Part shown: positions 1 through 13,264 of the stretch, one piece after another
Layout: each line of letters starts with the position of its first letter
Position numbering within the stretch: the first letter of the stretch is position 1
DNA from: Negaprion brevirostris
Lineage: Eukaryota
DNA length: 64,000 nt
Assembly (NCBI GenBank): GCA_030324005.1
Contig: JARDVH010000121.1
Location: 31,112,595-31,176,594, forward strand
Direction: 5' to 3'
Translations under genes and position numbers: made by a program
The notes under the pieces: model-generated
What the model was told of the DNA's origin: nothing
What the model saw: only the letters and a program-made list of their open reading frames with translations
Databases searched by the model: none

Positions 1-87
1 AGCCACGATCTTATTGAATGGTGGGGTAGGCGCGAAGGGCTAGATGGCCTACTCCTGCTCCTATTTCTTATCTTCTTATGTTCTTAA
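1..87 (+). mobile_element. CR1-type LINE 3' end
   Basis: gatcttattgaatgg..ggcctactcctgctcct followed by a (TTCTTATG)-like tail. Confidence 0.7.
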
Positions 88-749
88 AATAGGTAGGCTT
101 GGTTTAGAATATGAGGGGAACTTTTAAAATTTAAGTGAGGAAGCATTCAACCAGGAATTATCAGATATGTACGGAATCTAGTGGGATTCACTTTACACCT
201 TGGGGATTGACACAAAAATGTTAACTTTGGACAATACACTGAGGAAAAATAAAATGAAAGAAAAACATTTATATAGCAACTCAGGACTTCACAAAGTGTT
301 TTTTAACCTATTAATTACTTTGCTTCCTGAGAGTATGGACATGCTGGAATTGTAGGAAATTTTGCAGCCAAAATGTGCACTATAAGCATTACAAATGTCA
401 ATCTGATAATGACCATATAATCTGTTTCAGTTCTCTTAATTAAGGACCCCAGGGATAACTCTTCACCGTTGGAGAATTTACAGATAAACATAGACACTGC
501 AGAAACAACAGTTTTGTTAAAATTGATCAAAATGGTCTAAAAGGTTGACCAAAAATAAAAAACAGATTTTAAGAGGTTTGAATTGATTCCAGGAAAAGAG
601 TAGATTAGGACATCTAAGTAAAAAGGAATAGAATTTGGGTGTTACACCATAGTTGAAAAGATGCCAAAGTACATAAATTGAGATCCTAAATTATCACAAA
701 TAATGGAAGGGAAAATAAATGACAGAAAAAGTGTTTGTAACATTTTTAG

Positions 750-1130
750 ATTAGCTCAGTTCACACCATTAGCTTCTTTCAACATGACTCAAGAGATAAT
801 ACTCTGATGGTTAAGAGTTGAAATCCCACTCCAGAGACTTGAGCACATAATCTAGCGGATACTTCTGTGCTAGGCTGAGGGAGTGCTGCAGTGTCACGCT
901 CGCAATCTTTCTGATGAGATGTTAACATAAGGCCCCATTTGTCCTTTCATGGTGTAAAAAAAGTATGGCCTATTTTAGGAGCTGAGGAGTTTTCCCCTGT
1001 GATGTGATCAATATTTAACTCACAACCAACGTTTCTATTAACACAGATTATCTGGTCATTATCTCATCTATGTTTGTAGCATCTGGCTGTAAAGCACTTT
1101 GTGAAAGCAGTTATTAAATGTATTTTCTCT
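750..1130 (+). mobile_element. Deu-domain SINE (SacSINE1-like), degraded
   Basis: cccactccagagacttgagcacataatctag..tgagggagtgctgca..tctttctgatgagatgttaa..acagattatctggtcattatc..gtaaagcacttt. Related fragments lie near 1155-1215, 1560-1820, 18660-18820, 26930-27200 and 52327-52570. Confidence 0.6.
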
Positions 1131-1244
1131 ATAAATTTATCAAGTCAAGCCCATTACCGCAATTTGAGGACACAAACTCGATCTGACACTGCAGTACTGG
1201 AGGGACAATGTTGCTAAAGGCAATTTAAGAACAAATCTAACTAG

Positions 1245-1502
1245 GAGTGGCATGGTGGCACAATGGTTAACACTGCTGCCTCACAGTGCCAGGGATTCCC
1301 AGCTTGGGTTACTGCCTGTCTGGAGTTTGCATGTTCTCCCCATGTCAGTGCAGGTTTCCTCCCACAGTCCAAAAGGGATAGTGGTTAGATGCATTGGCCA
1401 TGCCAAATTGTCCCTCAGTGTACCCAGTGACGAGAGGATTTTCACATAACTTCATTGCAATATTAATGTAAGCCTACTTGTGACACTAATAAATAAACTT
1501 TA
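1245..1502 (+). mobile_element. tRNA-derived V-SINE
   Basis: A-box-like head ggtggcacaatggttaacactgctgcctcacag, V domain tggagtttgcatgttctcccc..ggtttcctcccacagtccaaa, tail aataaataaacttt. Confidence 0.8.
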
Positions 1503-3606
1503 ATCTGAAACTAACTGTAAATGCCCTAAAATGGCAAACCATGATTGTGTTGCCTGTTCTTGTACTGCAGATGAATGTTAAAGACCTTGCAAGTACATTC
1601 AGAAAGGATAGACAATTCTCCTGCTTCCTGAACAGTTTTCCTCCATTTACAAATGATATCCATCACTAAATTAACCGGCTACATTGCTGTTTGTGAATAT
1701 GATTTCAGAGTGGTTGTCATATTTGCCTTCAAAGCAGATACTGTAATTGAAAACTAATCCATCTTGTGGAATACTTCGAGGTGCTTTGAACTGAAGATGT
1801 TATTTAAATTTGTGTTATTACAATAAAAAATTGTGACATGGCAAATAGATTTATCGAATAAGTAGGTGAGATTGGTAACGGATTGATCGAAAAAGACCAA
1901 ACACTTGGAAGTTCAGAAGAAATCAAGAAAGAAAGAAAAGTAGGCAACCGTGGTTGAAATGATGATTACACCTATTAAATACAGACATATACCAGAACAC
2001 TAGATAAATATTGGTCCACTTTTTTTGGAAAGTCAGATACACATTCATAGAAATTATGAATTGGAAAAGATTGTAGGGAAAATATTGGAGCTTTATTTAA
2101 AGCAAGCAACTCAAGAACAAATTTATGACTGTAAGCCAACCTGAGTTTAAGAAAGCCCATTCCTGCCTTTACAAAGAGTCTCGTGCGTGATGATTCACAA
2201 GCCTGTTCTCAGATGTTGAGCAAGACATCGACCAATACCTTTCCTTAACGAAGGAGGGAATGTGGAAGGGCTCCTTTGGATTTTCTTGCAGATTTTCTAT
2301 TTTGGAGGAAATCTGTCTTAGCAGAATAGCTCCACCCAGATGATTTATCAGACCATGGTTACAACAAAGGGCTACTGTACCAAATATATTCAGTGTTTTG
2401 AAATGCAGCACAAATATGCCTTTTGCAATAAATAGTAAAAATCACAGCTGTGAATATTGAAGCAGCATAGCAAAAAGCATTAATTTTTTTTGCGTTGCAG
2501 ATAGATAAGGAGATAATAAATGAGACCTCACCGATTCAGACTTCATTCTGGACCAGTACATTGTCTTATTTTAAGTAGTTTTATTCCTTTTCAGTTTTTT
2601 GTGGGAGTAGGTTAGCAGGAATGGATTTGCTGCTTTAGACATGGGCATAAAGGCTGTTTGAGCTTGGCATGCTCCAAGTGACTGGCTGCAATGTGAAATA
2701 GTAATGATCAATTGCAAATAGTTCACCCATTGTGGATTTGGAAATATAGAATGCTGTTGTTTAGACGAAAATAATTTAATATAGCGAAAATAAACTAAAT
2801 CAGAGCCAGTCAACAAAATGCAAAAATGTATTTGAACTCAAAATTAAACTGGATACAGTCTAACCTAATCCATGTGTAAACAATTTAATTCAATAAATAA
2901 GCATCTGGTTAAAGGACGCTCTTCCTCTGTCCGAACCTGCATAAATGGAAGGTAATGGCTGTAAACCTTGGAGACTATTAACCAGACATTCAGGCTAGTG
3001 GTATGCTTTTCATTATTATGCCCCCAGGTTATACACAGAGACGTAAGTTATTAAAATGTCTTTGCACACTGATTTAATGTGACCTGTTGAAATGTCTACA
3101 CATGACAATTTGCCATTTCCTGTGACTTAACTACGCAAGGCAGTAATTGTCCTCTAACTTAACAAAATTAACCACCACCCTTTCTCCTCAGATCACACAT
3201 TCTGGTATTCAGGTCATTTGAATGAGAAGATTTCTGTCTGAACAGGATTATCCAGAAAAGATGTGATGTACAAAAAAAATGTTTCCACTGGTTACAATGG
3301 TGTGAAAGTACAGCATGCTGCAATAGTGACCTCTAGTGCATATTATTAAACTTCACCTTTTTAAGGATAATCTTTTTCTTAAGTACAGTTAGGTGGAATG
3401 CAAGTGGAATGCAAGTGTAGCAATATAACTTACTTTGTTTAAATGCTGCTCTTTCACCCTAAATATTTTCACTCACTCATTGCCCATCTGTTTTGGCTAA
3501 CCAAAGAGATTGGACAAACTCTTAAGTCTCTGCCAAAGTCAATCAGAATCAGACAAATCGTTTTGCCTCTTTCCTACCAAACCCCCATGATAACTAGTCA
3601 AGGATT

Positions 3607-3706
3607 NNNNNNNNNNNNNNNNNNNNNNNNNNNNNNNNNNNNNNNNNNNNNNNNNNNNNNNNNNNNNNNNNNNNNNNNNNNNNNNNNNNNNNNNNNNNNN
3701 NNNNNN
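3607..3706. other. Assembly gap (others: 6935-7034, 14194-14293, 17116-17125, 20347-20417, 22387-22486, 28464-28515, 34498-34597, 47126-47135, 50696-50795, 56016-56115, 59013-59112, 61036-61042)
   Basis: Runs of N, mostly exactly 10 or 100 nt. Confidence 0.99.
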
Positions 3707-3789
3707 CCAATGATAACTAGTCAAGGATTGAGAGTTCACCATGTGGATAAGTAACAAAAACAAGCAAGGCTTCTACCACACCATACCAA

Positions 3790-4850
3790 CAACAACTTGT
3801 ATTTCTACAGCACTGATAAAAACAAGGAGCTTGATCCAGCAAAACCTGATATTAGGACAGCTGAACAAAAGGCAGGTAAATGCAAGTTTTAAGCAACATC
3901 TTGAAGAAGCAATGGAAGATAGAGAGGTTTAAGGGCGGAATTCCAGAGTTAGTATCATTTATGTGGCTGAAGGCATAACCTCCTAAGGCGATACTTCAGG
4001 AGGTTGTGGAGCTGAATGAGGTTAAAGATAGAGAGGAGAAAGATAGTGTGGGATTTGAAAACAAAATGGAATTTTAAAATTGAGGCACTACAACAAGTTT
4101 CGGAGGGCACAGGATTGATGAGTGAATGAGACTTGATGAGAGAAAGGCAAGGTCTTGGATGATGGATGACCTCAGGTTTACAGCATGTTGAAGAAATGTG
4201 GTCGGCCAGGAATGCATTGGAAAGTCAGGTCTAGACTAGCAAAGGCATGGATGTGAGTTTCAGCAGCAGATGAGCTGAGACAGAGGTAGAGTTAGGTAGC
4301 ATTTATGGTGGCATGGATATATGGACAGAAGCTCATCTGTGCTAAAGAGGGCAACAAAGTTGTGAACAGACTTGTTTAGCCTCAGCCTGTTGTCAGGGAG
4401 AGTTGGAATCCAAGTAGAGAACGGGCTTTGGAGTGGGGTGAAAGACAAGGGCTTTGTTCTCAATATATACTTGGAGGAAATTTCTGCACATCCAATACAG
4501 AATGTCAGCCAGTTCAATAATTGAGAGACAGTGGAGGGAAGATGAAAGCTAGTAGTGAATTGGAACTGGCTGTTATCAGACAGAGTGTGAGAACTGATGC
4601 TGTGTTTTGAAGGATATTGCTGAGCGGTAGCATGTTGGTGAAAAATAGGAGACAGTGTCAAGGTTAGATCCTTGAAGGACACCAGAGGAAAGTGTTGCCT
4701 GTTGCAGATAATTCTTTGTCCACAATTAGACCAATTAATGTGAAACCAAGAATGTGCAGTCACATCCAGCTGGATAACAACTGAGAGACATGGAGGAGGA
4801 TGGTATGGTCAACCTTGTCAAAGACTGCAGATAGGCTGTGAAAGACATAC
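3790..4850 (-). mobile_element. L2-like LINE remnant
   Basis: gaggaaatttctgcacatcca encodes WMCRNFL on the minus strand, and gtcttggatgatggatgacctcaggttt is similar to the block at 16640-16670. Confidence 0.55.
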
Positions 4851-4859
4851 CAGAAACAG

Positions 4860-5020
4860 AGGTTAACCAAGCTATGATATTCCAAATTTCCTAGAACCTG
4901 GAATGGTCCAAGTGAATTGGAAGTTAAAAAATGTAACTACTGTTCAAGCAAGGAGGAAGATAGAGAAATCAGGGAACTGCAGTTAGCCTTACAGCAGTCA
5001 CCAGGAAAGTGCTGGGCCTG
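4860..5020 (+). mobile_element. CR1 RT fragment
   Basis: ggaatggtcc..ttggaag..aatgtaac..ttcaagcaaggaggaag..agggaactgcagttagcct resembles the W..ANV..FKKG..GNYRPVSL region. Confidence 0.5.
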
Positions 5021-6783
5021 AATTTAAACTGAATCGGAAGGGTTCCATGCATCTTGTAGTCCTACTCCTGAACTCAGCACCCACCATTTTTGCAGAGAAA
5101 AGATGGTGGGCATATTTTGCTCATCCATGATATATGGAGGCAGCTGCACACTTCCAAATGCAGCTTCCTTCACTTGAAAGCAATTTTGGTCACTCAGGTT
5201 TTTGAAGCATAACGCACAGGCTGTAAACATTTGAGGGAAAGTCTAAAACTGCCAGAGTTCTTTGGAGAGTGATGGTACCCTTTTGAAGAGATTGGGTACC
5301 CTTTTGGATTGTTAAGGATAGACATGATTGTGTTTAGAACATGAATAAAGTCTATGAAACTGTTTGCTTCATTTGAATCCCTTCCACTCAACATTTTCCT
5401 GAAAATAAAAAGACTGCAAAAAAGTATATACTTGCAATTTGACCAGCTATTTGGTGACATAAACGTTATGGTTATCATCATAGGATTAGTGCTGCTCGAC
5501 TGCTTCAATGGCCTAGCATTATCACAGTGAGGAGACTTACAAGTTTGAAATTTAATTCATAAATTGCTTAGAAATAAATTCTGGTTTTAATGTGGGGCTA
5601 TGATAAAAATATTTGCTTTTATAGGGGATGAAGTACTAAATGTATTGAATGGGTATTTGTTGAGTGTTTAAGAAAAATGGTGAGGTCTTTAAGAGGTACT
5701 TAAAACTTTATTTCATCTCAGCATGGCTCTGGAATCTACTCAGTGGATACAGGATGAGTAGGCATGGATAATATAAGGATAAAGGATGGTGGGGGTATGG
5801 GTTGACACTAAGTTGGCATGACCTATAAAGAGCTGGGGTGGTTAAAGGACTATAGGTTGGCATGGAGGATGTGAGGGCCATGGGAGGTTAGAGACATAAA
5901 GTGCACGAGTTGGCCTGGATGGGGCATGAGAGTCTGTGGGGCTGAAGGGGTAAGGAGTAAGGGCTAGAGGCATGTTTTCTTGTTTTACTGTTTTTATTAA
6001 AATTGGGATGAAGTCTTAGCACACCAAGGGGGGCCTGGTTTTGCCAGCCTTTGCACTTAGAAGGCTGGCTTTGGGGGCCTAACTCCAGTTAGCCAGGTGG
6101 GAATGGACAGCAAGTGTACAGAAATTGGATAAAATTTTCCCAAAGCCTCATCAACAGGGGACCCAAAAATCAATTTTAAGCTGGCATGAATCTTCCACTG
6201 CTACCTGCATTGGCGAATCGAGAACCTGCTGGAGACCAGCACGGTAGGGTACATGTGAAGGCCTGACACCCCCATGCTCAAATCTCCTCCTTGCCAGCGG
6301 AAAGACATGTTGGCACAAAACACATCTGAAACAATGTTGTGCAGATGTTGGAACTCACCTGCACAATGTTCAGGATGTGGGCTAATGACAACCCTGGATT
6401 CTGGAACACCACATTAGTTTTGTTTTGTTATTAGTGGGCGAGGGGAGCATTTACAGCTCAATCTTCTGGATTTAGTGCCCTGAAGAGGGTCCATCTTCCA
6501 GCCGGAGAGCATTCTGGAGATCCATCTCTTTTCTCAAGAGATCCATCATCTTGCTTCAATAATGCAGAGGTGATGTTGGAAGGTTTTGCAATATGACATC
6601 GAGATTGGATGACAGATTGTACGCCATCAGGCCCACCCTGCCAAGGAAGATGATGCAAAACACCCAGTTGCATAATGACGTCAGAGCCAGAAGACTTGGC
6701 ATGTTTCCCACTGGCCTCTACAACAGGAAACACTCCCATGATTCCACTCCCACCACAGGACTTGGTCCCAGATGGGAGAAGTG

Positions 6784-7348
6784 CTTTTGGTAAATTGGCC
6801 TTTATAAATCGGAGTATCGAGTGTAAAAGTTGGAGTGTCATGGTAAGGTTATATAAAGCATTGGTGAGGCCAAATTTAGAGTATTGTGTACAGTTTTGGT
6901 CACCTAGTTACAGGAAGGATGTAAATAAGGTTGANNNNNNNNNNNNNNNNNNNNNNNNNNNNNNNNNNNNNNNNNNNNNNNNNNNNNNNNNNNNNNNNNN
7001 NNNNNNNNNNNNNNNNNNNNNNNNNNNNNNNNNNTGTATAAGATTTTGATGGGTATAGATAGAGTGAATGCAAGCAGGCTTTTTCCACTGAGGCTAGAGG
7101 AGAAAAAAAACAGAGGGCATGAGTTAAAGGTGAAAGGAGAAAAGTTTAAAGGGAATATTAGGAGGGATTCTTCATGCAGAGTGTGTTGGGAGTGTGGAAT
7201 GAGCTGCCGGATATAGTGGTACATGGATGAGAGGGCTGTGGAGCGATATGGTCCAAGTGCAGGTCAGTGGGACGAGGCAAAAAAATGGTTTGGCGCGGAC
7301 AAGAAGGGACAAAAGGCCTGCTTCTGAGCTGTAATTTTCTAACGTTCT
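6784..7348 (+). mobile_element. Younger CR1 LINE 3' portion (spans an N-gap)
   Basis: AFGKLAFINRSIECKSWSVMVRLYKALVRPNLEYCVQFWSPSYRKDV, a ttctaacgttcta tail and flanking AAGTG at 6779-6783 and 7349-7353. Confidence 0.85.
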
Positions 7349-7374
7349 AAGTGTGGACCAGCTTCAGAAGTCAG

Positions 7375-8870
7375 CAGATGAGTTACTCACTGCAGGATTC
7401 CTAGCTCTGACCAACTCTTGCAGCCAACTATTTTTATGGGTAGCCCAGTTCAGTTACTTGTCAATGATAACCCAGGATGCTGGTGGCGGTGGATTCATTG
7501 ATGATAATGCTATTGAATGTCAAGGGCGATGGTTAGATTCTCTCTTGTTGGAAATGGTCATTGTGTGGCACTTGTGTGGCATGAATGTTACTTGCCACTT
7601 GTCAATCCAAGCCTGGATACTGCTTCAGTATCTAAGAACCTGTGAATGGTGTTGCACATCAGCAAACATCCCCATTTCTCACCTTATAATGGAAGGAAGG
7701 TTATTAATGAAACAACTGAAGGTGGTTGGGTCTAGGACACTACCCTGAAGAGCTCCTGCAGTGATGTCTAGGAGCTGAGATGATTGACCTCCAACAGCCA
7801 CAACTATCTTCCTTTGTGCTAGGTATAACTTCAACCAGTGGAGAGTTTTCCCCAATTCCCATTGGCTCCAGTTTTGTTAGGGCTCCTTGAAGCCATATTC
7901 AGACAAATGCTGCCTTGATATTATTCAGCTCTTTTGTCCATGTTTGAACCAAGGCTGTCAGGGGGTCAGGAGCTGAGTGACCCTGACGGAACCCAAACTG
8001 AGCACCTGTGAGCAGTTTATTGCTGAGTAAGTGCTGTTTAATGAACTCTTCCAACACTTCACTGGTGATCGAGAGTAGACTGATGGGCAGTAATTGGCTG
8101 GGTTGGATTTGTCCTCTTTGTGGGCAGGACATACCCGGACAATTTTCTGCATTGCCAAGTAGATGCTAGTGTGTTGACTATAACAGCTGGGCTAGGGAGC
8201 ACAGCAAGTTCTGGAGCACAAGTCTTTTGTACTATTCCTGGAATATCAGGACCCATACCCTTGCAGTTGATATCACGAGGAGTAAGTTCAATTGGCTGAA
8301 GATTGACATCTGCTGACACTGCCAGTGGTGAGTGAGATGGATCATCCACTCAGACTTCTGCCTAAAGATTGTTGCAAATGCTTCAGCCTTATCTTTTGCA
8401 TGGTTTTGTTAGGCTCTCCTGTCACTGAAGATAGGGATATTTGTGGAGCCTCCTCATCCAGTGAGCTGTTTAATTGTCCATATCCATCCATGACTGGATG
8501 GGGTAAGACTGAGACGAGATCTAATCCACCAGTTGTGGGATCACTTTGTTCCCTCTTCACTTAGATTTCTTGTGTGCCAAACAGCATAAAAACAAAGTTT
8601 TAGCTTCACCAGGTTGACACCTCATTTTTACGTATGCCTGGCATTACCCCGGCATGCCTCCTATACCCCTTATTAAAGCAGGGTTGATGCCCTAGTTAAT
8701 AGTAGTGGGGGAAGGCTCGGTTCGTAATGGAACTACCAAGCCACTCAGTGATGGACAGTGAAGTCCCCTACCTAGTGGGCATTCTGCACCCTTGCCACCC
8801 TCAGTGCTTTCGCCGGTGGTGTTGAACATGGTGGATTACTGATTCATCAGCCAAGAGTGGTGCGTACAGA
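7375..8870 (-). mobile_element. Degenerate LINE ORF2 (RT), CR1/L2 group
   Basis: KGMGPDIPGIVQKTCAPELA, KSNPANYCP and SLLSITSEVLEEFIKQHLLSNKLLTGAQFGFRQGHSAPD..IKAAF are spread over shifted frames. Confidence 0.8.
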
Positions 8871-8919
8871 AGGAGAAGAAGAATTTAAACTTCAAATTTT
8901 CTGGGCAGAATCCCACCCC

Positions 8920-10260
8920 TTACATCTTGTTCACAACTTACTTTTCTACTTACATTTGTGTCATTAGCAAACTTCACAACCATTCATACACTCCCTTCAA
9001 AGTCATTGATACAAATTGTAAATAGTTGATACCCTAGTTCTGAACCCCGCGACAGCCCCACTCATAGCTTGCCAACTCAAAAGAAACCCATTTATTCCTA
9101 CTCCATTTCCTGCGAACAAACCAATCATCTGCCCGTGCTAATATTTAACCTCCTATACCACAAGCTCATTTTGCGTAGTAACATTTGCAGATATGGAATC
9201 TTGTCAAATGAAATGTCTTCTGGAAATCCAAGTACAGCTGATCCACAGGTTCCCTTTCATCCATGTTGCTTGTTACTTGGAGACTTGTCATTTTTTAGTT
9301 CCATTAATTTTCTCAGTACCCCTTCCCTAGTGATTGTGATTTCAGGTTCCTTCCTCCTTTTCACTTCCTGATTCACAATTATTTCTAGGATGTTATTTGT
9401 ATGCACTGCAGTGAAGACAGATGCAAAACATTTGTACAATTAACCCACTATTACCTTATTTTCCATTATTAATTCCCCACTCTTTCCTAAAGATCCAAAG
9501 TGTTCACTTTACCTAAAAGCCTGTAGAAACTATTAACTTATATTACTTGCTAGCTTTTTCTCATTCCTTCCTCCGTATTAATCTTAGTCATTCTTTGCTG
9601 TTCTTTATATTGGTGGCATGGTGGCAGTGGTTAGCACTGCTGCCTCATAGTGCCAGAATCTGGGTTCGATTCCTGCCTTGGGTCACTGTCTGCACAGGTT
9701 TCCTCCAAGTGTTCTGATTTCCTCCAACAGGCCAAAATCGTGCTGATTAGGTGCATTGGCCAGCCTCTGTGTACCCAAAGGGGTACTGGCGTGTGGTGAC
9801 TTCGGAATTGTCACAGTAACTTCATTGCATGTTACTTGTACCTTTATGAATAATAACCTCTAGCTCCTCCCCCTCATAATGTAAGTTCCTCTCCAATCCA
9901 TTGCATATGCCCTGAACCCTAGTACTGGATTTATGCTCCCAGCTGCAGGGAAGTGCATATTTCTTGACTATACTGTCCCTATCTACCACTACATTCCTAT
10001 TACCCTCTCCCATTTGTGTGGCTTCCTGTACTATGGTCAGTTTGCTCATCCACCTTGCAGCCACCACTTTTATCCATAAGGGCTGCAAGATCCTCAAACC
10101 TGTTCAACAATTGCAAAGATTGAGGCTCCTGTGCGTTTACCTTCTGGGTCACTGTACGTGCATTATCTTGCAGTCAAATTATCCTGTTCACGACTACTGA
10201 CCAAATCAGAAGACCCCAAAAATTCTGACTGCCTCCTGGTACAAAGTGTCCCATCGTAAC
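8920..10260 (-). mobile_element. Internally deleted CR1 LINE with ORF1 esterase (SGNH) and ORF2 remnants
   Basis: RNVVVDRDSIV..TRVQGICNGLERNLHYEGEELEVIIH resembles CR1 ORF1 VVVGDSIV. FASVFT..REGVLRKLMELKNDKSP is ORF2-like. Confidence 0.7.
9612..9855 (+). mobile_element. V-SINE inserted into CR1
   Basis: ggtggcagtggttagcactgctgcctca..gggttcgattcc (A/B boxes), with the same body as 1245-1502. Confidence 0.75.
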
Positions 10261-11559
10261 ATATCGCTTGGCTGGCATCTTTATGTTTATTATTTAAAAA
10301 TTAATAAATTAATAATACTATGCCCCAATACCTTTCTACTGCTAGTAATCCTTACAATTACTAATAAATAATGAGCTTTGGAGATAAGTAAGCAAAATAT
10401 TCACTATGGATGAGAAAAAAAACTTAAAATTCTCAATGCAACAAAAACTCAAATCTTTTGAATACTAATCACTTTAGAACATGAGTAGTAGTATCTAAAT
10501 TATTCCTGCCCAACAACTCATGTAAAAACAAGTGGGGAAAGAGGGAGAAAGTTATGGTTTCCAGAATTTAGCACCTTAGGTTTTCCATATTGGGCCTTAG
10601 AACATTCTATTATTGATGATTGTAGTTGCCATTAGCTGAGAAAAGTCTCTAAATGTGTCTTAATTAGCCATCAAGAAAGTGGCAAAGTCTCAATTAGTAT
10701 GCACACATGGAAGACATTAGACAATTGGTAACAGTTGATCATTATTTGAATCATTATAAAATGACTAATTTTACAATTAACCTTTTTCCTCTCCAGAAAT
10801 TTCCACAATTCTATTATTTTCATTGGGAGTTGAAAACAAATGGTGGTGTTTTGGATTGGGCTTGGTTAGGGTAATCATCAGAACTACTGATGAAGGCAGC
10901 AAATTAAGTCTACACACACCTGGGGGGTGTGGGGGTTTCCTTGCAGCTGAAGCAACATTCCTACATTTTAATTAGTCAAATCAGCTGCTTTATTGTTGCA
11001 CGGACAAACTTAAATGTCTTAATTAATTACTATTAGCATTCATTTCTAATCTTCCCGCCCAGAAATTAATAAACTCTATTTTAAATATTACTAGAATTTA
11101 AGAAGTATTAAAAAGCTACCTGCCACTTCCAAACATCAGACAATTGTCTAAAATGGAGTGAAAAGCAGAAAACTTTCCATCATCTTTGTCAATTACAGAG
11201 GATGCACTTAAACAGCTGGCTATGAAACCATGTCCAGAGTCCTCCATACCTCATTAAGATATACTTTTAAATAAATTACATATTAGCCTGACCAAGCAAT
11301 TCACGTACAGCTCATGCAACCAGCTTATCATTTATTTAATGCAATAGAATAAAATCTAACAGCAACACAAAATTTTAAATCATCAAAACAATTAAAACAT
11401 CCAGTAAACACAGGAGAGCAGAAGTTTAGTCACCACAATGTTCCAATCATTTATTGAAAGTCAAAGATTTGCAGTCTGAAATTACCAATGAAGCAAGAAT
11501 TTTTCCAACGCTCTGACATGCTCAATGTGGCTTAAATCCTATGTACTGTCACCTGTATA

Positions 11560-11960
11560 CTGCTGGTGTCAAGCTCCTCCACCACCACCTTTGCTCTCAT
11601 AACCATCTCCATGTTACCAGACCACTAGTCTAACATCCAATCACGGATAAGTAATAATCTCCTCCAATTTTACATTGAGAACAAAGCCATCACTTTTTCT
11701 TTCAGCAATGAGCTCTCCACCCTTGCCACTGAACTCCCATTCCCTTTCTAAGCCCCAAGTCAGGCTGAGCCAGACCCTGTGAAACCTTTGGTATCTGGTT
11801 TGATCCTGAATTGAGCTTTACCTCTCTGTCTTTTCTTAAAAAAAATCTTTGCTTTTGGGCATCGTAGGCAAGGCCAGAATTTATTATCCAGCCTAATTGC
11901 CCTCATGATCAGCAAAACGACTTCCTTGCCTCTGTATACTGTCCACCATCTCTGCATTAT
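11560..11960 (+). mobile_element. L2-like LINE fragments
   Basis: gtctaacatccaatcacggataagtaataatctcctccaattttacattgagaacaaagc resembles SDIQ.WM..NFLQLN..KT. Confidence 0.5.
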
Positions 11961-13264
11961 ACCCTTTTATCCATGAACTGCTGCGTAATCTGAAGGGGTT
12001 TAAATACCGGATTAGAAAATTTCCACATAAGTATAATCCAAGCAGAAAATATTGTAAATTAGGGGCTAGTTTAATTATATAAATGGCAGGCATTGTTAAT
12101 GTTCACAAAAAGTACTGCCAAAGAATGATGAATGTTAAAGTTATAATTGAAAACTATGGCAGCCCAGTGTTAAACCCTCATGAAAACATTTTAATTGATA
12201 AACGTTAATTGAATAATCAGGGGCTCAAAATGGTGTCTGTCACCATAGTTTAGGAAAGGCTTTTAAATGTCCCAGGGGAATATTTGCCTACAAAAAAAAT
12301 GATACAAGCGTGATGTTCTAAAGCAATCAAACAATGAAATTATAAATCCATTCAGCTAAAATTGGAGAACAAAAACAACACCAGAGCACTAACCATGCTG
12401 CTGATTTCTACCACAAAAAGGAAATTAAAATGACCAGTCTATTGTATTTGTTGAAAGCTCCTAACATGCAAGCAAGAGTGATATTTCACAGAAATGTTTC
12501 ATGCCAGTATGGCAAATAGTTCAAATAAGATTAGATTGTATCAGTTTAAACAAGCAATAAAGTTAGACTGACCTGTAAAAGTGATGTTTGGATCGAACAT
12601 AATTTTTAGTGACAATATTACCCACTCCATTCCTGGAGTATGTTTAGTAAAAACATGCTATGGTGGTAGATACAGTTTTAAACAGGGCACATTACAAATT
12701 ACTTGCATTAAAAGTTAGTTTTATTAAAATACAAGTTTTGCATCTTTTTATCATCAGTTTCTGATCCGAGCATGTAAATGGAATTTCCTTCTGTATGATA
12801 TTTAGAAGTAGCATGCAGTATGCTTCTACCAAAGGACCAACTTCTATACACAAGAACTCATTAGTTTATATAACATCTGTGCAACTGACAAAATACAATC
12901 GTGTGCATAGATCACAAAATGGCTCCCTTGCAAAGTAAACCTTTGTGAACTGCACAACATAGCAGGATACCATTCTAGAAGCACAGAATGCTTAGCAAGG
13001 CACTACAGGGAACAACAGGAAGAAAGTCAGTAGGTTACTTGTTTGTGTAGATTACTTGCCTTCAGAACAGGATATCTGCTGAGGATTTAAATTAACTGTG
13101 ACAATGGTACTCAACTGAAGGGACTAACAAGTGATATGTATTGCAAGTCAGCATGGGACTGGAACATTTGTTATTGAATTTAAAGTTGAATGACTAGTTT
13201 AAATGTTCTCAAGAGACCATAAACTCCTCATACACTTCTTGGGTCATCTGGGTCCTTGGTAGCC

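Noticed and set aside
1245-1310. tRNA-like A/B box sequences (also at 9612, 27900-27958, 49343)
   Set aside because: These are SINE heads continuous with V-domain bodies, with no complete cloverleaf.
3585-3730. Direct repeats flanking gaps (also 22367-22505, 55990-56141, 50690-50801)
   Set aside because: Near-identical sequence on both sides of 100-N gaps is typical of unmerged contig overlaps, not real duplications or TSDs.
315-3932. Numerous 60-130 aa ORFs in intergenic and intronic DNA throughout the window
   Set aside because: Many start at non-ATG codons, span N-gaps or lie within repeats, and none shows domain or splice support.
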